DNA from: a virus | Strand: one strand, 5' to 3' | Length of the DNA stretch: 64,000 nucleotides | Virus record (IMG/VR): IMGVR_UViG_3300045988_153285 | Location: 69,906 to 133,905 of that record | In this document: piece after piece, positions 28,448 to 37,091 of the stretch | How the letters are laid out: every line of letters starts with the position of its first letter | How positions within the stretch are numbered: position 1 is the stretch's first letter | Program-made: the position numbers and the translations under genes | The notes under the pieces: model-generated | The model's input: only the letters and a program-made list of their open reading frames with translations | Told to the model about the DNA's origin: nothing | Databases searched by the model: none

Positions 28448-28500
28448 ATATAAATTAATAAAATAAGTTGACAAGAATAAGAAAGATATGGTACTATAAT
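28448..28500 (+). promoter_or_regulatory. promoter with conserved upstream box (copy 5)
   Basis: ATATAAATTAATAAAAT 28448-28464, 3 nt, TTGACA 28468-28473. The -10 is ambiguous: TGgTACTAT at 18 nt or TATAAT 28495-28500 at 21 nt. Confidence 0.55.
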
Positions 28501-28516
28501 ATCAGGAGGTGGTTAG

Positions 28517-28747
28517 ATGATTGCAAATGAGTTATTTGAAATTATAGCAGAACATTTTGATTATAACAAGAAAGAAATAATAACAAATGTAAATGAACTA
28601 TTATTTAATATTCATGAAGATTCAAAGAAGTTTGCGTACACATTAGATAAGCTAAAAGAAGATTATGCATTAGAAGATGAACCGAGATGTCCTTTGTGTG
28701 GCGAAGACTTAACAGTAATAAATGAATGGGATGAAGACAGAGGATAG
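28517..28747 (+). CDS. Zn-ribbon-like protein ending at an in-frame TAG (76 aa; 101 aa if read through to 28822)
   Basis: ORF track; CPLCGE before the TAG; 24 further open sense codons after the TAG contain the matching CEDC. Confidence 0.6.
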   Translation: MIANELFEIIAEHFDYNKKEIITNVNELLFNIHEDSKKFAYTLDKLKEDYALEDEPRCPLCGEDLTVINEWDEDRG

Positions 28748-28849
28748 CATCAAGGATTTCCAGCTAATGAACATATGGTGTTAATAGGATGCGAGGATTG
28801 TTCATACATATTAAATGAATAAAAATTAATAAAATAAAGAGGTGAAGAA

Positions 28850-29485
28850 ATGCTAATGAAAAAGCTAATGCTGACTCTATTTTTTAGTAGTGGGATAATA
28901 ATTCCATTTGTAGAAGCAGCAAAAACTGATTCGGTAGCGAGGCAACTAATTGATGTCGATTTGTACGAATTTAAAAATTATAGAAATGAAATGAATGAAA
29001 AAGTACAAGCTTATGAAAAATATAAAATTGAAGAACAGAAGAGAATCGAAGCGGAACAAGAGAGATTAAGGCAAGAAGAGTTGGAAAGGCAAAGAATTGA
29101 GGAAGAAGAAAAGAATAAATTAATTAACAAGCTAGGATATGAACCGAGCAAGATAGTTAAAGTTAATTGCAAAGTAACATTTTATTATGCTGATAGCACA
29201 ACTCTTCAAGGTGGATATAATGATAAAAAGGGTATTCCTTTAAGTAGTCATAGTGAACCTATAGTTGCACTACCTAGTGATGTTACATATGGAAGTTACA
29301 TAGAATTTGATAAAGAAATTAGAGGGAATACACTTTTCAAAAACGTTGACAGTGGTGGAGCCATTAAGTGGTTAGATGATAACACCATTATAGTAGATGT
29401 ATTTGTTCCTGAAGCTGGTAGCTATAATGAATTAATTAATATGGTGAAGAATACAACTACTACAGCAACTATATATTATAAATAA
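28850..29485 (+). CDS. secreted 3D-domain (YuiC/MltA-like) cell-wall protein
   Basis: Signal peptide MLMKKLMLTLFFSSGIIIPFVEA, E/R/Q coiled coil, C-terminal VTFYYADSTTLQGG...VDSGGAIK...VDVF resembling the 3D domain. Confidence 0.55.
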   Translation: MLMKKLMLTLFFSSGIIIPFVEAAKTDSVARQLIDVDLYEFKNYRNEMNEKVQAYEKYKIEEQKRIEAEQERLRQEELERQRIEEEEKNKLINKLGYEPSKIVKVNCKVTFYYADSTTLQGGYNDKKGIPLSSHSEPIVALPSDVTYGSYIEFDKEIRGNTLFKNVDSGGAIKWLDDNTIIVDVFVPEAGSYNELINMVKNTTTTATIYYK

Positions 29486-29526
29486 AAGAACAATTTGAAA
29501 TTATTGCGAGTTAAAAGGAGGATAAA

Positions 29527-29796
29527 ATGGCACAAGCAATAAATAACCTTATAGGTAAAAAGTTTGGAAGGCTTACTGTTATAGGTTATACAGACAGAAG
29601 AGTGTCCAGAGCTGTAGTTTGGAAATGTAAATGTGAATGTGGAAATATAACTTATATGACACATAGGTGTTTAAAAAGTAGCGTAAGCTGTGGGTGTTAT
29701 CGGAATGAGAATTGTAGCAAAGTAGGATTAACCTATAATTCAGTAGGAAGAGAAGCCTATAAAAATAAATTAAATATGGGGAAGGTGAAATTATGA
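29527..29796 (+). CDS. hypothetical Cys-rich protein (89 aa)
   Basis: ORF track; GKKFGRLTVIGY...WKCKCECGN...SCGC; SD AAGGAGG. Confidence 0.7.
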   Translation: MAQAINNLIGKKFGRLTVIGYTDRRVSRAVVWKCKCECGNITYMTHRCLKSSVSCGCYRNENCSKVGLTYNSVGREAYKNKLNMGKVKL

Positions 29797-29966
29797 AGTT
29801 ATCTATAAATGCAAGAAAGCTATATCCAGAAGCAATATTTTATATTAATTGGGCTAAGAAAAGTAAAAATAGAAAAGTAAAAAGAAGATTAGTTATAAAA
29901 GCATTAAAAGAAATCAAGTGTCTTTCAAGCAAGGAGCTAAGAAGAAGAATATTGACAAAATATTAG
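29793..29966 (+). CDS. basic small protein (57 aa)
   Basis: ATG 29793 overlaps the preceding stop; K/R-rich; stop TAG 29964-29966. Confidence 0.45.
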   Translation: MKLSINARKLYPEAIFYINWAKKSKNRKVKRRLVIKALKEIKCLSSKELRRRILTKY

Positions 29967-30005
29967 TGAACAATTCAAATATATTGTGAACAGGAGGATT
30001 GAATA

Positions 30006-30224
30006 ATGGAAGATTTAATTAAAGAAGATCAGTTAAAAGAAGATAGAAGAAGAGTTAATAAATTTACCGCAGAAAGAATGGCTAGACAAAACAAGGATAA
30101 GTTACATGAGAAATTAGAAGATTTATTTATAATGTATCTTGATAGCGATGAGTGTAGATTCATGAGATTTTCACAATTAGAAGATTTAAGAAAGTTTTAT
30201 GTATACATAAAGGAAAATTTATAA
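30006..30224 (+). CDS. hypothetical protein (72 aa)
   Basis: ORF track; SD AGGAGG. Confidence 0.7.
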   Translation: MEDLIKEDQLKEDRRRVNKFTAERMARQNKDKLHEKLEDLFIMYLDSDECRFMRFSQLEDLRKFYVYIKENL

Positions 30225-30303
30225 AAATCGAATTTTATTTAAACTGAACGATGGGAATCAGCCAGTTAAACATATAAATTAAAATATTAAAGGAGTTGTT
30301 TAA

Positions 30304-31461
30304 ATGATTAAAGTAATTAAGAAAGATGGTACAAAGGTTCAATTTGACAGAAGAAAAATAGTTAATGCAGTGAACAAAAGTGCAAGTAGATGCGTAGTGA
30401 AATTAACTCAACAGGAGCTAGACAGCATATGCGATAAAGTAGAAGAATACTTAAAACAAAGTGGAACTACCGAAATAGATGTTGCAGATTTACATTACAT
30501 AGTTGAGGAGTCTTTAGAATTTATAAATAAAGAAGTAGCAAAAAGTTATAGAGAATATAGAAACTATAAGATAGATTTTGTAAGTATGCTCGATGAAGTT
30601 TACAATAAAGCTCAAAGTATAATGTACAGAGGCGATAAAGAGAATTCTAATACAGATAGCACATTAGTTAGTACAAAAAGATCGTTGGTTTATAATGAAT
30701 TAAATAAAGAGCTATATAATAAATTCTTCTTAACTACAGAAGAAAGACAAGCTTGTAGAGATGGATACATATACATACACGATAAATCAGCTAGAAGGGA
30801 TACGTTTAACTGTTGTCTTTTTGATACTAAAGCAGTAATGACCGGTGGATTTGAAATGGGTAACTTATGGTACAATGAACCAAAGACTATAGATACTGCT
30901 TGTGATGTTCTCGGAGATATAATAATGATGAGTGCTAGTATGCAATACGGGGGTTGGTCAACTAGAATAGATGATTTATTAGCCCCATATGTAGAGAAAA
31001 GCTATAAAATATATAAAGATGAATTATTGGGATATGGATTAAATTCTGAAAAAGCAGAAGAAATTGCATTAGAAAAAGCTAATAGAGACTTAGAACAAGG
31101 ATTACAAGGGTTAGAATATAAATTAAATTCTGTAGCAAGTTCTCGTGGAGACTATCCTTTCACTAGTTTCGCATTAGGTTTAGGTACTAGTAGATTTGAA
31201 AAGATGGTATCCATAGCAGCTTTAAATGTAAGAAGGAGAGGACAAGGAAAAGAAGGAAATAAAAAACCTGTCTTATTCCCTAAATTAATTTTCTTATATG
31301 ATGAAAACTTACATGGATCAGGAAAAGAATTAGAAGATGTTTTTGAGGTTGCAATATCTTGTAGCCAAAAATCAATGTACCCTGATTATCTTTCATTAAC
31401 TGGTGATTCTTATGTAGGTGAAATGTATAAAAAATATGGAGAAGTCGTATATCCTATGGGT
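30304..31461 (+). CDS. nrdD: anaerobic ribonucleoside-triphosphate reductase NrdD, exon 1
   Basis: ATP-cone-like N-terminus VIKKDGTKVQFDRRKI; ends ...VVYPMG. Joining to exon 2 (CRAFLSPW) restores the conserved PMGCR(S/A)FL motif. Confidence 0.85.
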
Positions 31462-31697
31462 TGAATAGCAGCTCATATAAAACCTCTTTAATTGCTGGAA
31501 ACCTAAATCAGAGATGACATGGCAATCAGCAGCGAAGTCCTTAACAGGAAACGTTCAGAGACTAGAGAAAGGGTAGCTAATACGAACTTATTAGTGAGAA
31601 CCGATTATCGTAGGAGTAAAATCCGAAATGGGAGGATATGTTGAAGCGTTAACATATAAGATATAGTCCGAGCCATTAGAAATAATGGATAAACTTG
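31462..31697 (+). ncRNA. group I self-splicing intron (no ORF), nrdD intron 1
   Basis: Near-consensus core elements: P AATTGCTGGAAACC 31490-31503, Q AATCAGCAGC 31524-31533, R GTTCAGAGACTAGA 31553-31566, S AAGATATAGTCC 31658-31669. 5' exon ends in U (31461), intron ends in G (31697). Confidence 0.85.
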
Positions 31698-32186
31698 TGT
31701 AGAGCATTTCTTAGCCCTTGGTTCGAAAGAGGGGGTATAGATCCAGCAGATGAAAATGATAAACCTATTTTTACATCAAGGTTTAATTGCGGAGCTATAA
31801 CACTACATTTACCGATGATTTACCAAAAGGCTAAAGTTGAGAATAAAGATTTTTATGAAGTATTAGATTATTACTTAGAAATGATAAGGCGAATACATAT
31901 AAGAACAAATGAGTATTTAGGAAATATGAAAGCATCTACAAATCCATTAGGTTTTATGGAAGGTGGATTCTTAGGTGGCAAATTAAAAGCAAATGACAAA
32001 ATTAAACCTCTATTAAAAGCAATGACCTATAGTTATGGAGTTACTGCATTAAACGAATTGCAATTGCTTCATAATAATAAATCATTAGTAGAAGATGGTC
32101 AATTCGCTTTAGAGGTTATGGAATATATAAATGAAAAAATAGAAGTATTTAAATATGAAGATGATATACTTTATGCAGTTTACGGT
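31698..32186 (+). CDS. nrdD: NrdD, exon 2
   Basis: Starts CRAFLSPWFERGG, ends ...ILYAVYG; the track 'M' at 31695 is a TTG inside the intron. Confidence 0.85.
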
Positions 32187-32506
32187 TAATGTAGCCGTGT
32201 TTAAACTACTAAACCCTACCAAGGGGTGTGTTACTTTAATAGTAATGCTAACGGTCAACTAAGCCAAAAGGCTAAGGTGGTAAGAGAGCCTAAGTCCTAT
32301 ATGGATATGGTAATACCGTGTCTTGTCAAAAACAAGATTTAGAGGACATCGAAAGGGTAAATATAAATTAAAGCTAGTTTATATTGAGTAACCGAGTAGA
32401 GTAGACTATGAGATAGGTACATAGTCGAAACTGGTAGCATTGTTAGCAGCAATGAAGATATGTTGCAGTCGGAAACGTAAGAATATAGAAATATATGTAC
32501 CGATTG
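32187..32506 (+). ncRNA. group I-like intron (no ORF), nrdD intron 2
   Basis: Interrupts the conserved YG|TPAES junction. Exon ends in U 32186, intron ends in G 32506. R/S-like GTAGAGTAGACTAT and ACATAGTCG. Bases 32210-32433 recur as an exact inverted copy at 63777-64000. Confidence 0.75.
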
Positions 32507-32977
32507 ACTCCTGCTGAAAGTTTATGTGGTCTTCAAGTAAAACAATTTAATGAAAAATATGGATATGTTGAGGGAATATCTAATAAAACATATACAAGTA
32601 ATTCATTTCATTGTTGGGTAGGAGAAGATATTAATCCTATCCAAAAGCAAGACTTAGAAAAGAGATTCTGGAATTTATTTAATGGTGGTAAAATACAATA
32701 TGTTAAATATCCAATAGATTATAATAAGGAAGCAATTAAAACATTAATAAGGAGAGCTATGAAGTTGGGCTTCTATGAAGGCGTAAATCTTGCACTAAGT
32801 TTTTGTGATGATTGTGGACATCAGGAATTAAATATGGATGTTTGCCCTAAGTGTGGAAGTAAGAATTTAACTAAGATAGACAGGATGAATGGCTATCTTT
32901 CATATTCAAGAGTAAAGGGCGATACAAGATTAAATGAAGCTAAAATGTCAGAAATAGCCGATCGTATTTCTATGTAA
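32507..32977 (+). CDS. nrdD: NrdD, exon 3
   Basis: TPAESLCG..., Zn site CDDCGH...CPKCGS, glycyl-radical motif DRMNGYLSY. Confidence 0.85.
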   Translation, partial: TPAESLCGLQVKQFNEKYGYVEGISNKTYTSNSFHCWVGEDINPIQKQDLEKRFWNLFNGGKIQYVKYPIDYNKEAIKTLIRRAMKLGFYEGVNLALSFCDDCGHQELNMDVCPKCGSKNLTKIDRMNGYLSYSRVKGDTRLNEAKMSEIADRISM

Positions 32978-33031
32978 TAAAAATTAAAATAATAGGAGAG
33001 TTTATCTCTCCTGTATAAGGAGGTAAAAAAT

Positions 33032-33484
33032 ATGAATTATCATAATATAACTAAAACTGACATGTTAAATGGTGACGGTCTTCGTGTGGTACTTTGGGTA
33101 TCAGGTTGTGAACATGCCTGCAAAGGGTGTCAAAATCCTCAAACATGGTCAGTCCATAGCGGTATACCATTCGATGAGTACGCAAAAAAAGAATTATTTG
33201 AAGAATTATCAAAAGACTATGTAAGTGGAATTACTTTTTCTGGCGGAGATCCACTTCATACTTCAAATAGAAATGAGGTATTAGAATTAATTAAAGAAAT
33301 AAAAGTTAAATTCCCCGATAAAACAATATGGGTATATACAGGATATCTTAAATCGAATGTAGATATGTTAGATGGCTTCGAGGATATAGATGTATTGGTT
33401 GATGGTAAATACATAGAAGAATTAAGCGTGCCTTCACCTCAATGGTGTGGGAGTTCTAATCAAGTAGTCCATCGATTAAAATAG
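33032..33484 (+). CDS. nrdG: anaerobic RNR activating enzyme (radical SAM)
   Basis: CEHACKGCQNP CxxxCxxC cluster motif, GITFSGGDP; directly downstream of nrdD. Confidence 0.9.
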   Translation: MNYHNITKTDMLNGDGLRVVLWVSGCEHACKGCQNPQTWSVHSGIPFDEYAKKELFEELSKDYVSGITFSGGDPLHTSNRNEVLELIKEIKVKFPDKTIWVYTGYLKSNVDMLDGFEDIDVLVDGKYIEELSVPSPQWCGSSNQVVHRLK

Positions 33485-33492
33485 GAGGAAGT

Positions 33493-34260
33493 ATGTTAAA
33501 TAGGTTAGGAGAAGAGAAAGTAAATAAATACGGCAGTAAAATGAAAATAATAGAATATAATTCTCCTTATAATATTACAGTGGAGTTTGAAGACGGGTAT
33601 GTAGAAAAAGGGAGATATGATGTTTTTAAGAGAGGTGCTATTTTAAATTGGAACGACAAATTTGTGCTAGGTGTTGGATATAAAGGAAAAGGGAAATATA
33701 AATTAAAAGAAAACGGAAAAGATACGTTTCTGTACACTGAATGGCACTCTATGTTGGCTAGATGTTATAATAAAAATCAACAACTTAAAAATAAAACATC
33801 ATCTTATAAGAATTGTATAGTCTGTGAAGAATGGTATAATTTTCAAAACTTTTGTGAGTGGTGGGAATCTAATTATTATGAAATCAAAGGAGAAAAAATG
33901 AGGTTGGATAAAGATGTATTGTATAAAAATAATAAGGTGTATTCACCAGATACATGTATCATAGTCCCTGAAAGGATAAATATGGTTTTGCAAACAGGAA
34001 GATCAACAAATAAAAGTGGATATCCTGGAGTAGATAAGAGAAGTGAGAATAGTTATAGAGCAAGATGTAATGTAACTGATAAAATCAATGGAAGTAAAGT
34101 TATAACTATAGCTTCATTTAATAATCCAGTAGAAGCGTTTCGTGCTTATAAAGAGTTTAAAGAAAATTATATTAAGCAAGTAGCAGATGAATATAAGGAC
34201 AGAATCCCTAAGAAATTATATGATGCTATGTACAGGTATGAAGTTGAAATAACAGATTAA
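33493..34260 (+). CDS. AP2-domain homing-endonuclease-like protein
   Basis: SGYPGVDKRSENSYRARCNV...ASFNNPVEAFRAYKEFK is an AP2 DNA-binding domain; free-standing gene wedged between nrdG and dut. Confidence 0.5.
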   Translation: MLNRLGEEKVNKYGSKMKIIEYNSPYNITVEFEDGYVEKGRYDVFKRGAILNWNDKFVLGVGYKGKGKYKLKENGKDTFLYTEWHSMLARCYNKNQQLKNKTSSYKNCIVCEEWYNFQNFCEWWESNYYEIKGEKMRLDKDVLYKNNKVYSPDTCIIVPERINMVLQTGRSTNKSGYPGVDKRSENSYRARCNVTDKINGSKVITIASFNNPVEAFRAYKEFKENYIKQVADEYKDRIPKKLYDAMYRYEVEITD

Positions 34261-34307
34261 TACATATAACAATAAAAATTAATATATAAAAGGAGAGAAA
34301 GTAGATT

Positions 34308-34748
34308 ATGAAATTAAGAATCAAATATTTACAAGATGCAACAAGAATGAATAAAATAACAAAAGGAAATTGGATTGATGTATATGCATACCAAGACACA
34401 TTTGTTCCAGAAGGTGAAAGAGCGATGATTAATTTAGGATTTGCGTTAGAATTACCTAAAGGATGGGAAGGGCATTTAGCACCAAGAAGTTCAACATTTA
34501 AAACTTGGGGAGTGATTCAAACCAATAGTGTAGGAGTTGTCGATGATACATATATAGGTGATAATGATATTTGGCATATGCCTGTATATTGCCTACAAGC
34601 AAAACACGATAATGGAACATGGATAAGAACTGGAGATAAAATAGGGCAGTTTAGAATAATGGAAGTAATGCCAGAAATAGAATTTGAGGAAGTCGAATCA
34701 TTCGGTAATCAAGATCGTGGTGGTTTTGGGACTACAGGGGTGAAATAA
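34308..34748 (+). CDS. dut: dUTP diphosphatase
   Basis: dUTPase motifs DVYA, PRSS, GVVDDTYIGDND, QDRGGFGTTG. Confidence 0.85.
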   Translation: MKLRIKYLQDATRMNKITKGNWIDVYAYQDTFVPEGERAMINLGFALELPKGWEGHLAPRSSTFKTWGVIQTNSVGVVDDTYIGDNDIWHMPVYCLQAKHDNGTWIRTGDKIGQFRIMEVMPEIEFEEVESFGNQDRGGFGTTGVK

Positions 34749-34749
34749 C

Positions 34750-34953
34750 ATGAAGACATTAATAATTTTTATAATAACATTGATATTTTCCATGTTCATG
34801 GCAGTAGATAAAGATGGAGTAAAAATAAATAATAAAACAATTAAAACTTATCCTAAAAGAGTAGCATATTGCTTCATAGCATTAATCATATTTGTATCAA
34901 TAATATCATGGGTTACCATACTACCAATCTTAGGACTACTATCATTACTATAA
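34750..34953 (+). CDS. small membrane protein (67 aa)
   Basis: ORF track; two hydrophobic helices. Confidence 0.65.
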   Translation: MKTLIIFIITLIFSMFMAVDKDGVKINNKTIKTYPKRVAYCFIALIIFVSIISWVTILPILGLLSLL

Positions 34954-34960
34954 TACATAA

Positions 34961-34989
34961 ACACTTAGGTTAATCCTAGGTGTTTTTTC
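34961..34989 (+). terminator. rho-independent terminator
   Basis: ACACTTAGG-TTAAT-CCTAGGTGT stem followed by TTTTTT. Confidence 0.75.
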
Positions 34990-35006
34990 TTTTCTAAAAA
35001 ATTAAA

Positions 35007-35055
35007 ATATAAATTAACAAAATACGTTGACAAAATAAAAATACCAATGTATAAT
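35007..35055 (+). promoter_or_regulatory. promoter with conserved upstream box (copy 6)
   Basis: ATATAAATTAACAAAAT 35007-35023, 3 nt, TTGACA 35027-35032, 17 nt ending in TG, TATAAT 35050-35055. Confidence 0.75.
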
Positions 35056-35101
35056 AATATACATAAGGTACAAGTTGCCAAATAAATTAAGAGGTGATTG
35101 A

Positions 35102-36391
35102 ATGGAAAAAGTATTAGAGATTATTAATCGATTAAGATTAACTACAAAGACAAATGAGAAATTAGCAATATTAAAGCACCATAGTGATAATGAATTGCTA
35201 AAAGAAACTCTATATTATACATATAGTGATAAGAATTATGGATTTAGCGAAAAGCTACTAAGGCAAGCTATGGAATCATATGAAACTAAATTTATTCTAA
35301 CTTGGAAAAACTACAAAGATATGTTAGATGAATTATCCTCTAGCAACATCAATGATAAACTAAGAGAACAAACATATGAATTTCTTTCTTTATATGATGA
35401 AGAAGAACGTGATTTATATATTAATATAATATCAAATGATTTAAAGATAGGAATAAATGTAAAATCAATAAATAAAGCTATTCCTGGATTAATACCTACA
35501 TTCGGTGTTCAGCTAGCAGAATCTTTCTTTAAACAAAAAGAAGGTTTCTTGGATGGAAAAGAATTTATTCTGTCTACTAAACTTGATGGAAATAGACTTG
35601 TAGCTATTAAAAACAAAGATAAGGTTGAATTTAAAACTAGACAAGGTAAAGTAATGGAGGGATTAATTGAATTAGAAGAAGAATTTAAAGATATCCCAAA
35701 TGGAATTGTTTTAGATGGTGAATTAATTCTTAAAAACGATAAAAACTTACCTTCAGATGAATTGTTTAGAGAAACTATGAAAGTTGCTAGGAAGAAAGGC
35801 GAGAAGAGAAATTTAGAGTTCCATGTGTTCGATTGTATTGAATTAGATGGATTTAATAAAGGTTATGATCCTACTCCTTGCATAGAAAGAAAACAAAAAG
35901 TTTCTAATTTAATTAAAAATAAAAAGTGGTTAATTGAAGTTCCTGCTTTATATATAGGAAAAGATGCTAATATGATAACTAAATTATTAGACGAAGCTAT
36001 TTCGAATAATCAGGAAGGTATAATGATTAATATAGCAAACTCAGGATATAGCTGCAAGAGAACTAAAGATATTTTGAAAGTTAAAGCATTTTTGGATGGA
36101 GATATGAGATGTGTTGATGTCATAGAAGGAACAGGAAAGAACACAAATAAATTAGGGGCTATAACAGTTGAGTTCGAATACGAAGGTAAATTATATAGAT
36201 GCGATTGTGGAAGCGGATTTTCTGATTTTGAACGTAAATTGTATTGGGACAATCCTGAGTTAATATTAAATAAGATAGTTACCATAGGTTATTTTGAGAT
36301 AAGCAAGAATAAAAATGGTTCCATTGGCTTACGTTTTCCTACATGGAAGTCAATAATTAGAGATGATAAAGACGACATAAGTATGAACTAG
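35102..36391 (+). CDS. ATP-dependent DNA ligase
   Basis: Motif I STKLDGNR (KxDG), III VLDGELI, IIIa FHVFD, IV EGIMIN, V LKVK. Confidence 0.85.
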   Translation: MEKVLEIINRLRLTTKTNEKLAILKHHSDNELLKETLYYTYSDKNYGFSEKLLRQAMESYETKFILTWKNYKDMLDELSSSNINDKLREQTYEFLSLYDEEERDLYINIISNDLKIGINVKSINKAIPGLIPTFGVQLAESFFKQKEGFLDGKEFILSTKLDGNRLVAIKNKDKVEFKTRQGKVMEGLIELEEEFKDIPNGIVLDGELILKNDKNLPSDELFRETMKVARKKGEKRNLEFHVFDCIELDGFNKGYDPTPCIERKQKVSNLIKNKKWLIEVPALYIGKDANMITKLLDEAISNNQEGIMINIANSGYSCKRTKDILKVKAFLDGDMRCVDVIEGTGKNTNKLGAITVEFEYEGKLYRCDCGSGFSDFERKLYWDNPELILNKIVTIGYFEISKNKNGSIGLRFPTWKSIIRDDKDDISMN

Positions 36392-36505
36392 AAAGGGAAT
36401 GTAGGAAAGGAGAACGAATCCAAAATATAATAAATCAGTTTAGAATTGAAAAATCCATAGCAATACTGAATGGGATGGTAAAAATTACTGATTAAATAAC
36501 TAAAA

Positions 36506-36554
36506 ATATAAATTAATAAAATTGATTGACAAAATTAAAAGCAAGCTATATAAT
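36506..36554 (+). promoter_or_regulatory. promoter with conserved upstream box (copy 7)
   Basis: ATATAAATTAATAAAAT 36506-36522, 3 nt, TTGACA 36526-36531, 17 nt, TATAAT 36549-36554. Confidence 0.7.
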
Positions 36555-36606
36555 AGCTATACAAACACAATATGTAAAATTAATAGATTAAAAGGAGAGT
36601 TTAAAA

Positions 36607-36909
36607 ATGGTTAAGATGGTGGGGAGTTATACAAGGCCAGAAGAATTATTAACAAAGTTGGCGAATGAAAATTCATATTTAAAGAAACAAATAAAAGAAT
36701 TGAAAGAGGAAAATTCAAGACTGACGCAAATAACAGAAGATCAAGAAATAGAATTACAATATGCTAGATATTACGCAGACGAAGAAAACTATAAAGAAAG
36801 TATAGAATTGGCTAATCTACAATCAGATGATATAGTAACATATGAAGAATGGTTTAATAGCGAATTATCGGACAAGCTCATAGAAGCTTATGCAAAATAT
36901 TATAATTAA
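36607..36909 (+). CDS. hypothetical coiled-coil protein (100 aa)
   Basis: ORF track; SD AAAGGAGAG. Confidence 0.7.
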   Translation: MVKMVGSYTRPEELLTKLANENSYLKKQIKELKEENSRLTQITEDQEIELQYARYYADEENYKESIELANLQSDDIVTYEEWFNSELSDKLIEAYAKYYN

Positions 36910-36931
36910 TACATAAATGAGGTAAATAAAT

Positions 36932-37078
36932 ATGATTAAATTAATAGCTTTTATATTATTGATAGCGATATTTTTAATAATGCTTATTGCGGCTGTATGT
37001 TGCTTGATTACTGCTGGGAAATCAGACGATTTATATTTAGGTGAGAATCAATACGAAGATAATAAAATTAACATATAA
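36932..37078 (+). CDS. small membrane peptide (48 aa)
   Basis: ATG 36932 after GAGG; MIKLIAFILLIAIFLIMLIAAVCCLITAGK... Confidence 0.45.
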   Translation: MIKLIAFILLIAIFLIMLIAAVCCLITAGKSDDLYLGENQYEDNKINI

Positions 37079-37091
37079 AAGAGGTGAAAAT

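Noticed and set aside
31695-32506. Track start codons at 31695 (TTG) and 32495 (ATG), which would make nrdD three independent genes
   Set aside because: Both starts lie inside intron sequence and lack SDs. Exon joining at 31461/31698 and 32186/32507 restores the conserved PMGCRAFL and YGTPAES motifs of a single NrdD.
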